This document shows positions 39,242 to 53,200 of a stretch of DNA of 64,000 bases, piece after piece. Position 1 is the first letter of the stretch. Each line of letters begins with the position of its first letter. The DNA is from Blasia pusilla (lineage: Eukaryota), in NCBI GenBank assembly GCA_050084515.1, contig CM114271.1, positions 15,686,001-15,750,000 of the forward strand, read 5' to 3'. Below the pieces are notes generated by a model that searched no databases, had not been told where the DNA came from, and saw only the letters and a list, made by a program, of their open reading frames with translations. Position numbers and translations under genes: made by a program.

Positions 39242-42200
39242 TCTTAACTAGGGTTAGTTAATCATAATTAGTCTAACTCTAGACTAAGGTTAGGGTTAGG
39301 GTTGCTTGTACATATCCTATATAATTGAGAAGGGGACCACCTCCATTCATTATTTCATCGAAAATTTTGTTCTCCATAGTGGTGTGTGTGTGCGAGAGCC
39401 GTTTTCCACATAGTATCAGAGTTATAGGAGAAAATCATTTGAAATTGTTGGTGTTTCAGGAGAGAAGAGAGGCAAGAGAAGGCACAAGTTCAATTGGGGA
39501 TAAGGAAGTTTTATTCAGAGCTGAGTGGATGAAGATTTTAGGTGGAGCTTTGATGGTGATAAAACTTTGGAGGCGTTTTTAAAGGCATTCCCGATCGACT
39601 TAGCCATTTGGGTCCGCAGCAGCTAGAACACTGCCAAAGAAAAGTTCTAGCCATCTTATAGAGCTTGTCAAGAGATTTCCAATGCACCCAAAATCGTTCA
39701 ATTCTGACATTCTGAGCTCCTACAATAGCAATTTCGGTGTAGGAAAGTGCAATTAGTGAAGAAAAGTTGGGCCGTTTGCTTATAGGCCAATTTCGACTAG
39801 TTTTTCATACAGTTGATCAATGTTGGAAAATTTCAGATTGATTCATGTGTAGGAGTGGTCTATGTTTCAATTGGAGGAGTAGAAAGTCTGAAATTATATT
39901 TTTGTGAGTGAAATCGTTCGTCATAGAATATTCCTCAACAACAATCACAAACAAGAAGCTAGATAAGTTGAATTATAATGTCTAGAAGTTTCGCATGAAA
40001 CAATTTCTCATGGGTCAAGAACTATGGGAGCTTCTCACAGGTGATGAGGCCAAGCCACAAGGTGACTCAATAGACTTGAGTGTTCGCGCTTGGAACAAAC
40101 GCGCAAGGCAAGTAATCCATTACATTTCAATAACGATCAGTTCGCCAATGATCGATCACATTCAAGATGTTGATACTCCAAAGCCTTGGAATGCATTGGA
40201 AAATCGATCATTCACACATCTACAAAGGCCAGAAAGCTTCAATTGAAACATCAATTGAACGAAGTGAGGAAAGGATTGTAGAGCATCAATGATTATATTT
40301 TGAGTGTGAGATATATTGTTGATGAGTTGAATAGCATTGGAGTGACAGTAGAAGATGATGATCTAATTTTGTTCACTCTTCAAGGCCTTCCAAAGGATTA
40401 CAAGTCCTTTCAGACCTCTATCTCTATGAGAGAGAAATATCCAACCTTTCAAGAGTTAATTCCTCTATTAATCACTGAAGAGATGAGCCTAGTAGGCAGC
40501 GATAGCTCATCTAGTCTGCAAGAGAGTGCTCTATTTGCAGATTATGGATCAAACAGAGGCAAGGGTTATGGTAGAAACTTCCGTGGTCGTGGTGGATATC
40601 AAGCATATGGAGGAAGAGGCACTCAATATAACGTCGCACAATCAACTACGAACTAGTATCACACACAATCATAAGGTGGTAATGGTGGAAATTGTTGGGA
40701 TGGAGGTCAGTAGCATAGGGTCCTTGGATCTTGCAATTACTATGAGATAAAGGATCACTATGCAAAGTTTTGCTTCAAGAAGAAGGTAGATATGAGAACA
40801 AGAACCTTACAACAACAAAACTATGTGGAGCAACAATACCAAGAGTAGTACCAAGAACAACCACATTCACAATCAGAGCATCTCTTGGTCATGACTCATC
40901 ATATGGGAGCAATGGTCAAGAAAAACTTGACATCAGATTGATACATTGACTCTGGTGCATCAAATCACATGACCTCACAAGCTAAATGGTTCAATAGTTT
41001 GGAACCGGTGAAAGATCCTACGATTGTGCTCATAGGAGATGACACTCAATATCATATCCCGCATATTGGTAAAGTTCCAATAGTATCAGATGGTCTTTGT
41101 GCTCTTGGAAATGTTCTCTATGTTCCTACCATTGAAAGAAATCTGATCTCTGTAGGACAGATAGTAGAATAGGGTTATCAAGTGAAGTTTAACGGAGATG
41201 GTTATTTCATTGAAACAATGGATGACCAAACTACGATAGCCACAGGAACTAGATCTGGCAGAATATTCAAATTAGATGTTTCTATGTGAGAGATTCAAAC
41301 AGTAATGTGTGATCAAAGTGGCCAACAAGTCACAGATCTAAATGTGTGGCATAAAAGAATTGGACATAAGAATCTTCAAGGATTACAGAGTTTTTCATCA
41401 TCTAATATAGTAATAGGACTCTCTAAATGAGTGAGTCCTGCTACGTTAGAGGTATGTCCTGCTTGCCAATTTGGAAAACAAGGTAGATTTCCTTTACCAA
41501 AGCAAGGTAGAAGAGCATCCAAGATATTGGAGTTGATCTACAGTGATGTGTGGACAACATCACAACATAGCCTTAGTGATTTCCAGTATTTTGTTTCATT
41601 TATTGATGACTTCTCTAGGTATATATGGGTATACTTTCTGAAAGCCAAGTCAGAGGTATTCTCAACGTTCCAAATATTCAGAGTTCTAGTAGAGAAGTAG
41701 ACGGGAGAACATCTTCTGAAATTGCGTTGTGATGGAGGAGGAGAGTATCTTTCAACAAAGTTTGATGACTATTAACGTCAGAATGGCATTCAACGTTAAG
41801 TGACTTACCATTAGATTCCACAACAAAATAGAGTGGTTGAGAGGAAGAATTGACATATTGCTGAAGGGGCACGAGCTATGCTGAATGAGAAGAACATGCC
41901 TAAGGTCTATTGGGCAGAGGCTGTAGCATGTGCAGTCTTCTTAATCAACTAAACTCCAACAATAGAAGTTCATGATAAAACTCCATTCGAAGTCTTTACA
42001 AGAAGTAAACCTGATTTTTCCTTCTAGAAAGTATTTGGCTGTATTTGTTATGTTCATGTTCTTCTTGAGAGACGTCTGAAATTAGATCCTAAATTTGACA
42101 GATGTATCTTCATTGGCTATGGTGATGGAACTAAGGGATATAAGTGCTACATTCCATCCTTTAGGCAGCTTATTATTAGTCGAGATATTGTCTTTGATGA

Positions 42201-44367
42201 GCTTAAGTCATGATATGCTCCATTGGAGCCTATACCACCTCTAAACTCGTCTGTTGAGGGGGAGAATATGACTGTAAACCAATAGACATTGTCTTCAACT
42301 TTCCCAAGTACTAGTTCAGGATTAGGAGAAGTCCTAGATTCATCAATTAAATCTGTGAGTTCATGGATGGGAAGAGTACGTATTCATTATATTGACACTA
42401 GTCAGAGCTCGAGTCAAGTGTCGGAGGCATCTACCTTTGAACAACAACTTCGTAGATCAAGTAGAGTTACACATGCAGTTCAAAGATTCATAAATGAAGG
42501 CTTCCTTGCAACACATCATGCATATATGATGACTACCCTTTAAGAACAGGAGCCGAGTTGTTTTGAAGAAGCTGCAAGGAAAGTCGAATGGATTGAAGCT
42601 ATGGAGGAAGAGCTTGCTATATTAAGACATCAACAGACATGAGAGTTGGTTGATATACCTTCCGATAAGGAAGCTATTGGCTGCAAATGGGTTTACAAAA
42701 TCAAGCGTAATCAAGATCGTACAATTAACAGAGACAAAGCGAGATTGGTGGCTAAGGGCTATGCACAACAATATGGTATCGATTATGAGGAAATATTTAG
42801 CCCTGTTGCAAAGATGACGATTACGAGTACAGTGGTTGTAGTTGCAGTAAGTAAAAAGTGAAGATTATATGACATGGACGTCAAGAATGCCTTCTTGAAT
42901 GGAGATCTATACGAGCAGATATTTATGACTCAACCACTTGGATACAAGCATCCCAAGTTTCCATTTCGCGTATGCAGATTGAAGAAAGCTCTCTATTGGC
43001 TCAAACAAGCTCCAAGAGCTTGGTATGGTAAGATTACATACCTCCTACAAGAGTTAGGTTTTAGGGTATGTGATTCTGACTCCTTGTTATATGTCTTGAG
43101 AGGACAAGATCATACAGTTCTCATTATGTTGTATGTTGATGATCTCCTGATTATTGGGAATACTGAAGAACTGGTACAACAAGTCAAGCTTAAGTTACAA
43201 GCAAAATTTGATATGAAGGACTTGGGAGAACTCAAGTATTTCCTTGGTATTGAGTTTATCAAGGTTGGAGAGAGTATATGGTTACTACAACAACAATATG
43301 CTCTTCATATGCTTTCAAAATATGGTATGACGGCTTGTAAGCCAATCTCTACACCGTTGGACCAAAGTGTGAAGCTAAGAGTGGATGAAGGAGAGTTGCT
43401 TGCAGATTCTAATATGTACACGCGAATGGTTGGAAGTTTGATATATCTAACTGTAACTAGACCAGATTTGGGTTATGGTGTTGGCCTAGTGAGCCAGTTT
43501 ATGCAAGCATCTCGAAAACCTCACCTTGATTTTATGAGAAGGATTATGCGGTATGTGAAATTCTCTATTGAATTCGGGCTTCAATTTGAATTTTCTCCAA
43601 GTTTTTAATTACATGGATTCATAGATGCTGATTCATGGAAGGGTGTCAGATCAACACTCCACATCTGGTTATTCATTTACTTAGGGAAGCGCAACTATAA
43701 GTTGGGCTTCAAAGAAGCAACCTGCAGTTGCTTTATCTTCAATAGAGGGTGAGTACAGAGGAGCAACCAATGTAGCATGTGAGGCGGTGTGGCTTCATCG
43801 ATTACTTGTTGAGATTCGTGTTAGTAACTTAGGACCTAGTGTAATATATGCAGAAAATATTAGTAGCATCAAGCTTCATAATAATCCTATGTTTCATGCT
43901 CATATAAAGCATGTTGAGGTGCACTATCATTTTATCAAAAAAAAGTACTTGCAGGAGAAATAGATCTTCTGGATATAGGTACAGATCAGAAAATTGTTGA
44001 CATCTTTACAAAGGCATTGTTGAGAGATAAATTTGAGATGTTTAGAAATGATTAAGGCGTTAGAGATATCGATACGAGTTTGAGGAGGAGTATTGAAGAT
44101 TGAGTTACAATCAAGCTCATGAGACACTGAACTGCTATATTTGGTACTCACACGAAGTAGGGAAGCTTAATCTTGGTTAGTCAATTAAGCGTGATTATCT
44201 TAACTAGGGTTAGTAAATCATAATTAGTCTAACTCGAGACTAAGGTTAGGGTTAGGGTTGCTTGTACATATCCTATATAATTGAGAAGGGGACCAGCCTC
44301 CACTCATTCTCTCATTATAAATTTTGTTCTCCATGGTGGTGTGTGTGTGAGAGAGCCGTTTTCCACA
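39134..44367 (+). mobile_element. Full-length degenerate Ty1/Copia element
   Basis: 277-bp LTRs at 39134-39410 and 44091-44367. PBS TAGTATCAGAG (tRNA-iMet type) and PPT GAGGAGGAG. gag, PR (IDSGASNHM), INT, RT (YVDDL) and RH are present with many stops. Confidence 0.95.
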
Positions 44368-47300
44368 AGTTATGCTTGTTTAGTAGTTTTCCACACTTTC
44401 TCTTGAGTGGATGGAATTGGCCTGCTTGCTCTTCCAATGAGAGTGGATTATGCCTCTTGGGAGAATGACTTAGTTGAGTTCTATTCTTTGAGAGTTTCAA
44501 GAGTCTGATATGAGATGGTTATTTGGAGAGACTTATCGTCTTAGGGGAGTTTTGTCATACTAGGGATAGTGGATGGTTTTGGCTTGTTATTTTCTTTATG
44601 GGAGTGGATTACCCTTCTTGGGAGAGCAATTCTACCAAAACCCATTCTTGAGGAGAGTAGAGAATGTCTGTTAATTATGGATATGAGTGGAGCATGAGTC
44701 GTACCCAATTTTCCTTTCCTTAATCCATACCACCTCAAGGTTCTCTTCATAGATAGGCACTGGTTTACTTGCTATCTAGTTTATCACTTTGGGGAGGCAA
44801 ATATCAATCAGGTAATGCAATCTCCAACTCTGCTGATTCTTCCTATTGTCACGTACGGAAGGACACGAGATTATACTTTGTATGTTTTTATATAGTGATC
44901 CATGGATGTTAATGGGCTTGCTCAAGTAGGTTTTAACACTAGTTGTGCTATTTTTCTTACGTACAAGCGTAAAGTAGTTTACAGAGACTTTATAGTTAAG
45001 AATTTTGAGGTTTGATATTATGGAAAAGTGATCGCCTTGACACTACCATTCGTGATTCTCATCGTGAGAGAATGGAAAGTGTATATAATAATTTTTTTAT
45101 TGAAAAAAGAGAACTTCTTAGAGAGTTAACCTTGCATCAACCACGTCTGCTGCAGCTAGAAGGTCCACCCTTACTCGAAGAAAAGTTCTCGACAAGGCAT
45201 CGTCCCTAGGACAGACATGTTTGTGTGGACAGAGGTACCCATGGCCCGTCCGTTCTCGCAACGTATATCCAGACTTGGTCAATATTTCCGTGCAAGCATA
45301 TGCTTGCTTGTAGAATAAGATGAAAAATTTCTAAGAGAGACTTCTATATTGATACCAAAAAAATTTATTTTAATGAAATTCAAGGTTGCATGTGGACAAA
45401 GTCCATATCTATGGATTCATGTCGGTCCTATGGAAGGACTTGCATGTTGACTCCATCTGTCCTCCTTTCTCATCCCCCCCTGCCTTGCCTAAATGTTCCT
45501 TCCCCCATCTCCATTCCCTGCCCTCTTATTGCCCCGCCCGCCTGTGCCTTGCCTTCCACCACGAGCTATAAACTATGGGTCCCACCTCTTGCAATCCATA
45601 TCCTAGGACATCTCTACACTTGTCCATCCATGTATATCTAGGAACGGACTTGTCTACTTTTTGCAACTAGTATGTGACACTGGTTTTGGATTTTAGGGTG
45701 AAGTTCCAGGTGCCATAATAGCCCTCGTGGTGTCTTGCTCCAATCTATCTCCCTCTGTGGGATTTGTGGTCACTATGGTGTGTTCAATCGGGGAACTTGG
45801 GAAGCTCACAAGATTGAGACCTCTTGTACATGTTAGCTGCCAAGCTGGACTTTCATGACGAGTGGAAAAAATAAAAATGTCATTATTAAGTGGCTCACAT
45901 CTCCATTTATATCAGATTCTACGGTTTAGAAGTTGTCACATAATAAACTTGCATTGTGGAGCCTCTTTATTGCAAATCCACTTAGCACTAATATGCCACC
46001 TGGAAAAAGCATACGTGGCAAGAGGAGAGAGATAATTGATTTATATGGCTAAGTAGTAGGGGTTCTAACCATGATGAAATTGAAGTGGTCATGTTCTATT
46101 CTATAGACAATGATATACTATTACTTCTTTCTTGTTATCCTTTCTAGTTTTATACTACCAATTCTACATCAATTTTGATATCAATTATTTGTAACTTATC
46201 TATTCCATGTTTCATGCTTAAGCATACCTATCTAGGTGATTAAAGTGGGAGTGGATCATATATATCCAAAGTAGGAGTGGATCCTATATATCCCAACTAT
46301 GCTTACCATCTTGACTCCCTCCACAAAAATTTTAATTCAATATTGAACTTGGTGCCCATGAGTTTCCTAAACATAAACGGACCAAGGTTCAACATCTAAC
46401 TAATAACTATTAATAATGTCAAAATCATGTATATTTACCATCTTATTCCCGCTCTTACATGTAGTCTTACTATGGTATATCATCTAGAGTAAAGCTACAT
46501 ATATTTTCCATGAGAGAACTCATAAGATTCATAAGAAGGTAAAAAGATATGAATCTGATACATCTATGCCCACTTTATCTATGATGGTTTCATATAATTG
46601 AAATCCTACCAAAAACATGTGTAGAGGTGGAATGTGTATATGTAAAAAACTTGCCTTCAACAAATAAATTTTTACATACCCCTCTCAAGCCAAAAAGTTT
46701 GTCTACTATCAAATTAATCTTCTTTTACTAGTAACTTTTGATAATAGGCCCTCTTCGAGAACACGTACTCGAGTTTGCAAGGTGTACATACAAATTCCTA
46801 CTATTTTGATCGATGATTTATGATGTGACTCTGCTCATTTAACAATCACCGTGACACAAATTTTATGATGCGGAAGACTTGATCAGACATCTGCGAATTC
46901 CCGCATACTTGCCCTTTGCACTATGCTCAAGATCCAGAGAGCCGTATTCAATACACAATTTGATGGCGCCTACTGACTCCCACTTACCGTGAGAAATTTC
47001 ATGCACTCAATTTGATTCTTCTACTTCTATTCTTAGTGTATGCTAACCGATCACCACTTACAGTTCTAGGGCCTTCTTGCACAATGGTAATTACTACACA
47101 TGGGGTCGGATTCTTGTACATTAGTGGCGACGACACTGTCATTTATCCACTACTTCATCTAGGCTGAATTTGTAGGCCCCCGCTCATTGCACGACACTCC
47201 TCATTTCTCTTGCTGGTTAGGGTCGACTAACCTAAATCGTTGTTTCTTTCTCATGCAAGGGCAAACAACAAGCAATGACTGAAACTGGATACCTATGTTA

Positions 47301-50259
47301 TCGGCCGATATTGAGGCCTGCACAAGGTGCAAAATTCCGTTTCTTCATTCATAACTATCCGCCTCCAATATAAGCCACTCAGCAATATGGGCACTTATTA
47401 TGTGCAAGAGACGCACACAAAAATAAGTATTCCTTTCCTATCTCTATTACTTATAAGTACTAGGTGCCAACTGTTGTGCGTTGTCAGAAATTTTGTTAGC
47501 TTCTCTTGAAAGGTGGTTGTGTTTGCTCACTACTTAGCGTCGCCGGGTTAGATTTGCTAGGTTGCTTCATCAACCCTTGCCAACTACATCGTGCACTCGA
47601 AGGAAACTAACTACGAACTCATCAAAGGTGGGTTGGCTGCTGCTGATGTTCTTCGTGTAGTTGTTGTCTTCATAACCTACCAATATGTAGAACTTACACT
47701 AAAGAAAACATACCCGCATCTGACGGGAATTCCACTTCGAACATGAGGTAGTGTTGGCAATTGCTGCCAAGAATTGTCTAGGTGGTGGAAGAGAGAAATG
47801 GAAAATTGCAACCACAATGAAACCACAACAGTTGTGGTATCATGGTCCATAGTTTTGATGTAGAGATTGTTGAGAGAAGGTTCTCTAGATTTTGAAACTG
47901 GGGCTCTATGGATCAAAGCCACGAGAGGTTTTAGTGGAGTTGGTTGAAAGTCGAGCATCGTAGACTTTCCGATGGTAAATCGTTGACGGATTGGAACACA
48001 TAAAGAGTCTTCAAGGGCACCTTCTATCGATGATTAACTCGTTAGAGATTCTTGGAATGAGGCTATGATTTCAACTCCTCTCCCTTGTTCAAAATGCCTT
48101 CGTTTGTTGGTTGCACTGTTGCCGTTGCAGCTTGTGCTTAGCACCACACTTATCATCTCAGATCATTTTTATGAGCTTCCATCTCAGACCATTCACAAAC
48201 AAGTGCCACTTTATTTGGTCCTCGTTTCATTGAACTACTGATGTCAATCCACAAGCTTTCCTTGCGTCTTAGATCCTCACCTTGGGTGTTAGCGTAGATA
48301 AACGGGTGTGCAGCTGACCATGTTTGATAGCTTCACCAATATCTTTAACAGCTAACTAACATTCCTTGAAAGTGTATGTCCGCATTCATAAGGTGCTATA
48401 GTGGGTCACATACATACATCTTCACGCGCCTTTACCGAGCACTGCGCTTCAAACTTAAAAAATGTTGAAATGACGATGCGCCTAAGCTTTCTTAGATAGC
48501 AAGTCTAATATATTTTTTTGTCTCTGTACTGGCTGCCTACATATTGGACATGTCCCACACCTTTATGACCGAAAGAAAAAATTCTCAACATAATTTTATG
48601 TAGGTGACCTAATATCTGCCCTGCTGTATGTAGCCGAGGCTAGCAGAGTAGTAAACTAGTCAACCGAGAATTCAGGTACGCCATTTCTTCTCTTTAAGGT
48701 GCTTATGTTTCATGTTCTTTTAGTTACCTTACCATTTACAAATTGCTTGTCTGTCTATGAAGCTTTGCTGTTCTATGTTCATTTCTCATGTATCTGTTTC
48801 AATTGCAAAAGCCTTGTCGACTTTGAAACTCTGACAGATATACTATGTGAGTAGTCAACAACAATATCCACCTTCATGTTTCTACATCCTTGATTTATTG
48901 TGACCCCATTTGTTATGAAATTGGTTGGTGATTTTTGATGCCCCAAATTTCATGATTTTTTCCCATATATCCCACTTCATCTACGTACATAGTCGGATGC
49001 TCTCAATCATCGTGCTTTGTGTTCCATGAGACAATTCAGCCACTACATATAAGTTCACTCCACTAAACTCATACACCATAGCAGCTTTTAAGCGAGGAAG
49101 TAAGCTATTACTTACGTGTTTTCTTATAGTGGCTCACCTGAACAATGTCTACATAGCTGATTTCTCTATAATTTATTGTACTTCTTCCTACTTGAGAGAA
49201 TTCAAATATTTGGCTATCAGGTGTTCTATTCTGCTACAGACCACTCGATTCATCTCGAGTAAGTAGTTGTCTCCTCTCAACTCATTTGTTGATGTCCAAC
49301 TATGCTACACACATTGCAAATGTGACATAGTAATCATACAGTACCTGCACATGATCTAATATATTGCATTCATCAGACCTTTTATTTTAATTTAGAATTG
49401 AAAAAACATTACTACTTCCTCAACAACTCATGCTACAAACATTAGGGTATCCGGCCAGCTTAAGGTGGTGATGCAGTAGTATAACTATAGAGTATGATGA
49501 ATGGTTCTCTACTCATCGCTCAAGAATGCCTATCCACACTCACACTAATCCCATTACTTACTTGGATAGTGGATAATTGCATTGTGGAAGGAAGATTTTA
49601 GGTTCAAATGGAACATTCTAAAGCAGCACCGCACCCATACCTTTGTTGTTTCTTTTAAGACACAAAGATAGCAAACTTGCAATACCACTTAGTCCCTAGT
49701 TTCTTTCATCTATTAGCATAGTGCCTTTTGGCATAACCAGCCTCCCCCTGAGAACTTTTGCATGTGTCATACAAAAGTATACAAACCAGAACTTTTGCAA
49801 CCAACTGAATCTATTTATACAAAAATACACCAAATTTCATGGTTGTTGAACCTACCATGTAAAGATGGTGTTTGACAATAGACTACACAAAATGACAACT
49901 CTGTGGGAACTCCTACTTCATGAACTCGCTGCTTTAAACACTACTCCTAGTAGCTACTTTACCTATTACTGGGCATATCCCTGCATGCATCTTACTTTCA
50001 TACTCTAAGCGTTAATTAAGAACATGTCTCTTACCATTCAAATTAATCTAGAAGGTGGACAACTTTGTGTAACATTCACACCCTATCAATTAAGTAATCT
50101 ATATCACAGCGACAGATCATTTCCTTGACTCAACGCTCACCAGAGTTATATCACTCATTCATCTCAATTACAAGATATTAACCTATTATGAGAATGGTAT
50201 AGCCTACTACTGCTAGGATAGTTAGGCATACAAATGCACAACGTCAACAAAAATTACGT

Positions 50260-53200
50260 GTGCGCGGGAATCATGCACGACTAAAGCAAGCCAATGCTAG
50301 GACACTAGTGGAGAAGTCAACCTGCAAGGCTTGGGTAGATATAGATATTTTATTAGCTCGATGGCAGAAAGAGTGCTCCGTGTTCACTAATAAAATGACA
50401 TGTTGTGGCTATTGTGGGTTCGTGTCTTATTGCTCTCAACATTCGTCGATGGCGCTTGTAACATGAGACATATATCCTCCTTATGTACTATGCAATGGGT
50501 ATATGCTTAGGAATATTATTCCAAACCCTAGGTCATTCTATGTTTGCTGTGGCTATGCCAAAAATGGCAGAAATACTGCTACCAATGTCTACATGACTCC
50601 AGCGTATATCCGAGACGTATCGGAAGTCAATCCGCTACACCTTCAGCTCCTCGCTCTTATTGATTGTAGGATAGGTATAGAGGCTAAGTACAACGGTTTT
50701 GAAAAGGGTTTCTTTCAGGTTGACTCCCTAATTGATTGTCCTCTGGTTTCATGGAATATATGGAGTGTAGCTCTTATAAATCCTGAATTCACATTCAGAC
50801 AAGTGAGGAAGGTCCTACTAGTTAATCTCCTGGTAAACGAATTGTATCTACAATACATGCCATTGATTGAACTACCTGACCCAAAATGTGGGCTAGTAAT
50901 CCTACCATCCTCGTATGTTGATGTATTCTAAAGGCATTGCCAGAAAAGGGCCAGCTTACGCATAGCATGGCGGAAAATCCATACAGTGCTGAACTTAATT
51001 GTTCTGCAAGATGTGCATTACTCATTGCTAGTCAAGAAACGTAAATCATATGATATTTTCCACAATGGTATTGTATTTTTTAGAGACGCCGCTCAAACTA
51101 GAGATTTGTTTCTAAGTGACCAAAATGGGATTCCGGTTGACACAAAGCTGACTATTGAGACATGTATTTTTCCTTTTCTGTTTCCTTATATGAGGGGATA
51201 TTTTGGGGTCACTCATCCTTTATCGATTATATGTGCGACAGAACTAGACACTTATTTAGTGTTTTTACACTTTATAAGCCATATCTGCTTGTCATGCACC
51301 AGTTGCGACAATCTATAGCTCTTACATCTTCAAATCAAACATGCATTCTTAACAAGGAACTTGAGCCGTTAAAAAGTAGGAATCATGACCTTAGTGACGA
51401 GGACATCTACTCTCAATTTTCAAAGTATAGCTGCAGTGCTCAGATACCAAGCAACCCGTCCTGGCACCGACGACACTTAAGAGACCTAAAGGCCATGGTA
51501 GCCAAATGGGGGATGCCCGATTTGTATCTAAGTCTCACCTCACATGAGGTATCGAAAAATCAATGGCAAGAAGTATGTGATATTGAACAAGTGATTCAAA
51601 GACTAAACCCAAAATTTTCATGGAGGGATGCCCCAATTGAATGCGCGGTCCTATTTCATACAAGATTGAAAACATTTTTCAACAACTATATACTAGGAGG
51701 CCCACAGATTCTTAGGGATGTCAACAACTACTTAATCCGGTATTAATTGCAGGGTAGAGGTAGTCTTCACTCACACATAATTTTTTGGATCAATAAACAA
51801 GACCTCGATCAGGTAACTTCTGAAATATGTTGCTACATTCCTTAGGTTGGCACCTTTGTACCCCTTACTAACTCTCGTAGTAGTTGTGTTGATAAGCTTC
51901 ACCATTATGTCACTACCAAGCATATACACACATGCAAAAAGGGAGTTTGCACCATTAAGGAAATGAGTTCACACCCACCCTACTGCCAAATGGGATTCCC
52001 TCTACCTTCGAGCTTCTCTTTAGAAGCATCCATAGATGGCAGGATGTTGAAATGGGTCTATTGTCGACCTGGGGAGTGTCATCGCAATGTTATACCGTAC
52101 CATCCAGCTATCCTCTTATTGTGGGGGCTATACATGAATTTACAAAGAGTCACTAATGTCCAATGGTCCTTCTATTTGCTTAAGTACGCCCTAAAGTGCG
52201 AATCACAAGATGCGCTCAATATCACCACAGAGTGTGCTTACTGCCTCGGATTGGAAGGCCTTGATGAAGTTAGACTGAAATTAATATCTGTCCTTGTACT
52301 AAATAGGTCTGTCTCCTCCACTTAAGATACATATTATCTTCAGATCACAATCTGTTTAGTATATTGACTCCAACCCTCCATCCAAAAGGACTCACCTATA
52401 TAAAAATGCCACAGTCCTTTGTATACACCCAACTATTACATATTCACACCGACCAGATTGTCTATCTTCACTAACTTTTTTCCAGTTTTGGTCTTCATAT
52501 GAGATTCGTTAAGCCCACCCTAAGGATACCACATCATTTGTTGCAAGTGACTTGCTTAGGAACTTAGTTTATAAAACATATCGCCTAGTCCGGTTCACTG
52601 AATTTCATCCTCTTCACAACATTATTAGCTTCAGATCTAAGACAGAATTAGTCACTGTCTTGCCTCCACAGTGGTCGTATCTTCATGAATGCATATTTTG
52701 GAGGGCATTCTCAGATGAATGCTCCATTTTCGATGAGTTCAAAAGACATGCTATCTCCAATATGTGGAGTGAAATGCATGTTTGAGAGATTATTTCTAAG
52801 GTTATTGATCTATTGCGCCCTCATCTGCATTTTGATATTTCTCCTTAGTTACATATTCATGCTCAACTTAACAATCACATCGATACTTCACACTCCTTAC
52901 CTGCACCTACTGCCATATCCACTAGTTTACTCAATGTTGAGCAGCTGAATCTATTTCATGAGATAAAGGACCTTATATCTGGCCTTGTAATGTTGTCTGG
53001 CCCACCTGGGTGTGGCAAAACCTTCTTCATACACTTCATGCAACAATATTGGACATCCGTTTCTGTCTCTCCATTGTTGACCGCAACAACAGGGATTGCT
53101 GTTGTATGACTCCACACCATTGCTATTACAGTCCACTCTGCATTTTCCATTCCAATAAAGGGAGACTTGCCGTCAATGCACACTGTTTCAGACCAGTATA

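Noticed and set aside
39285-39303. TTAGGG telomere-like repeats
   Set aside because: Only 2-3 units, and present in both LTRs as part of the LTR sequence.
45180-45670. Possible MITE/CACTA derivative with degenerate inverted ends
   Set aside because: The inverted match is weak and no TSD was found.
46000-50200. AT-rich region with scattered splice-like sites upstream of the Helitron Rep
   Set aside because: No coherent reading frame or terminus could be supported; may be Helitron 5' sequence.
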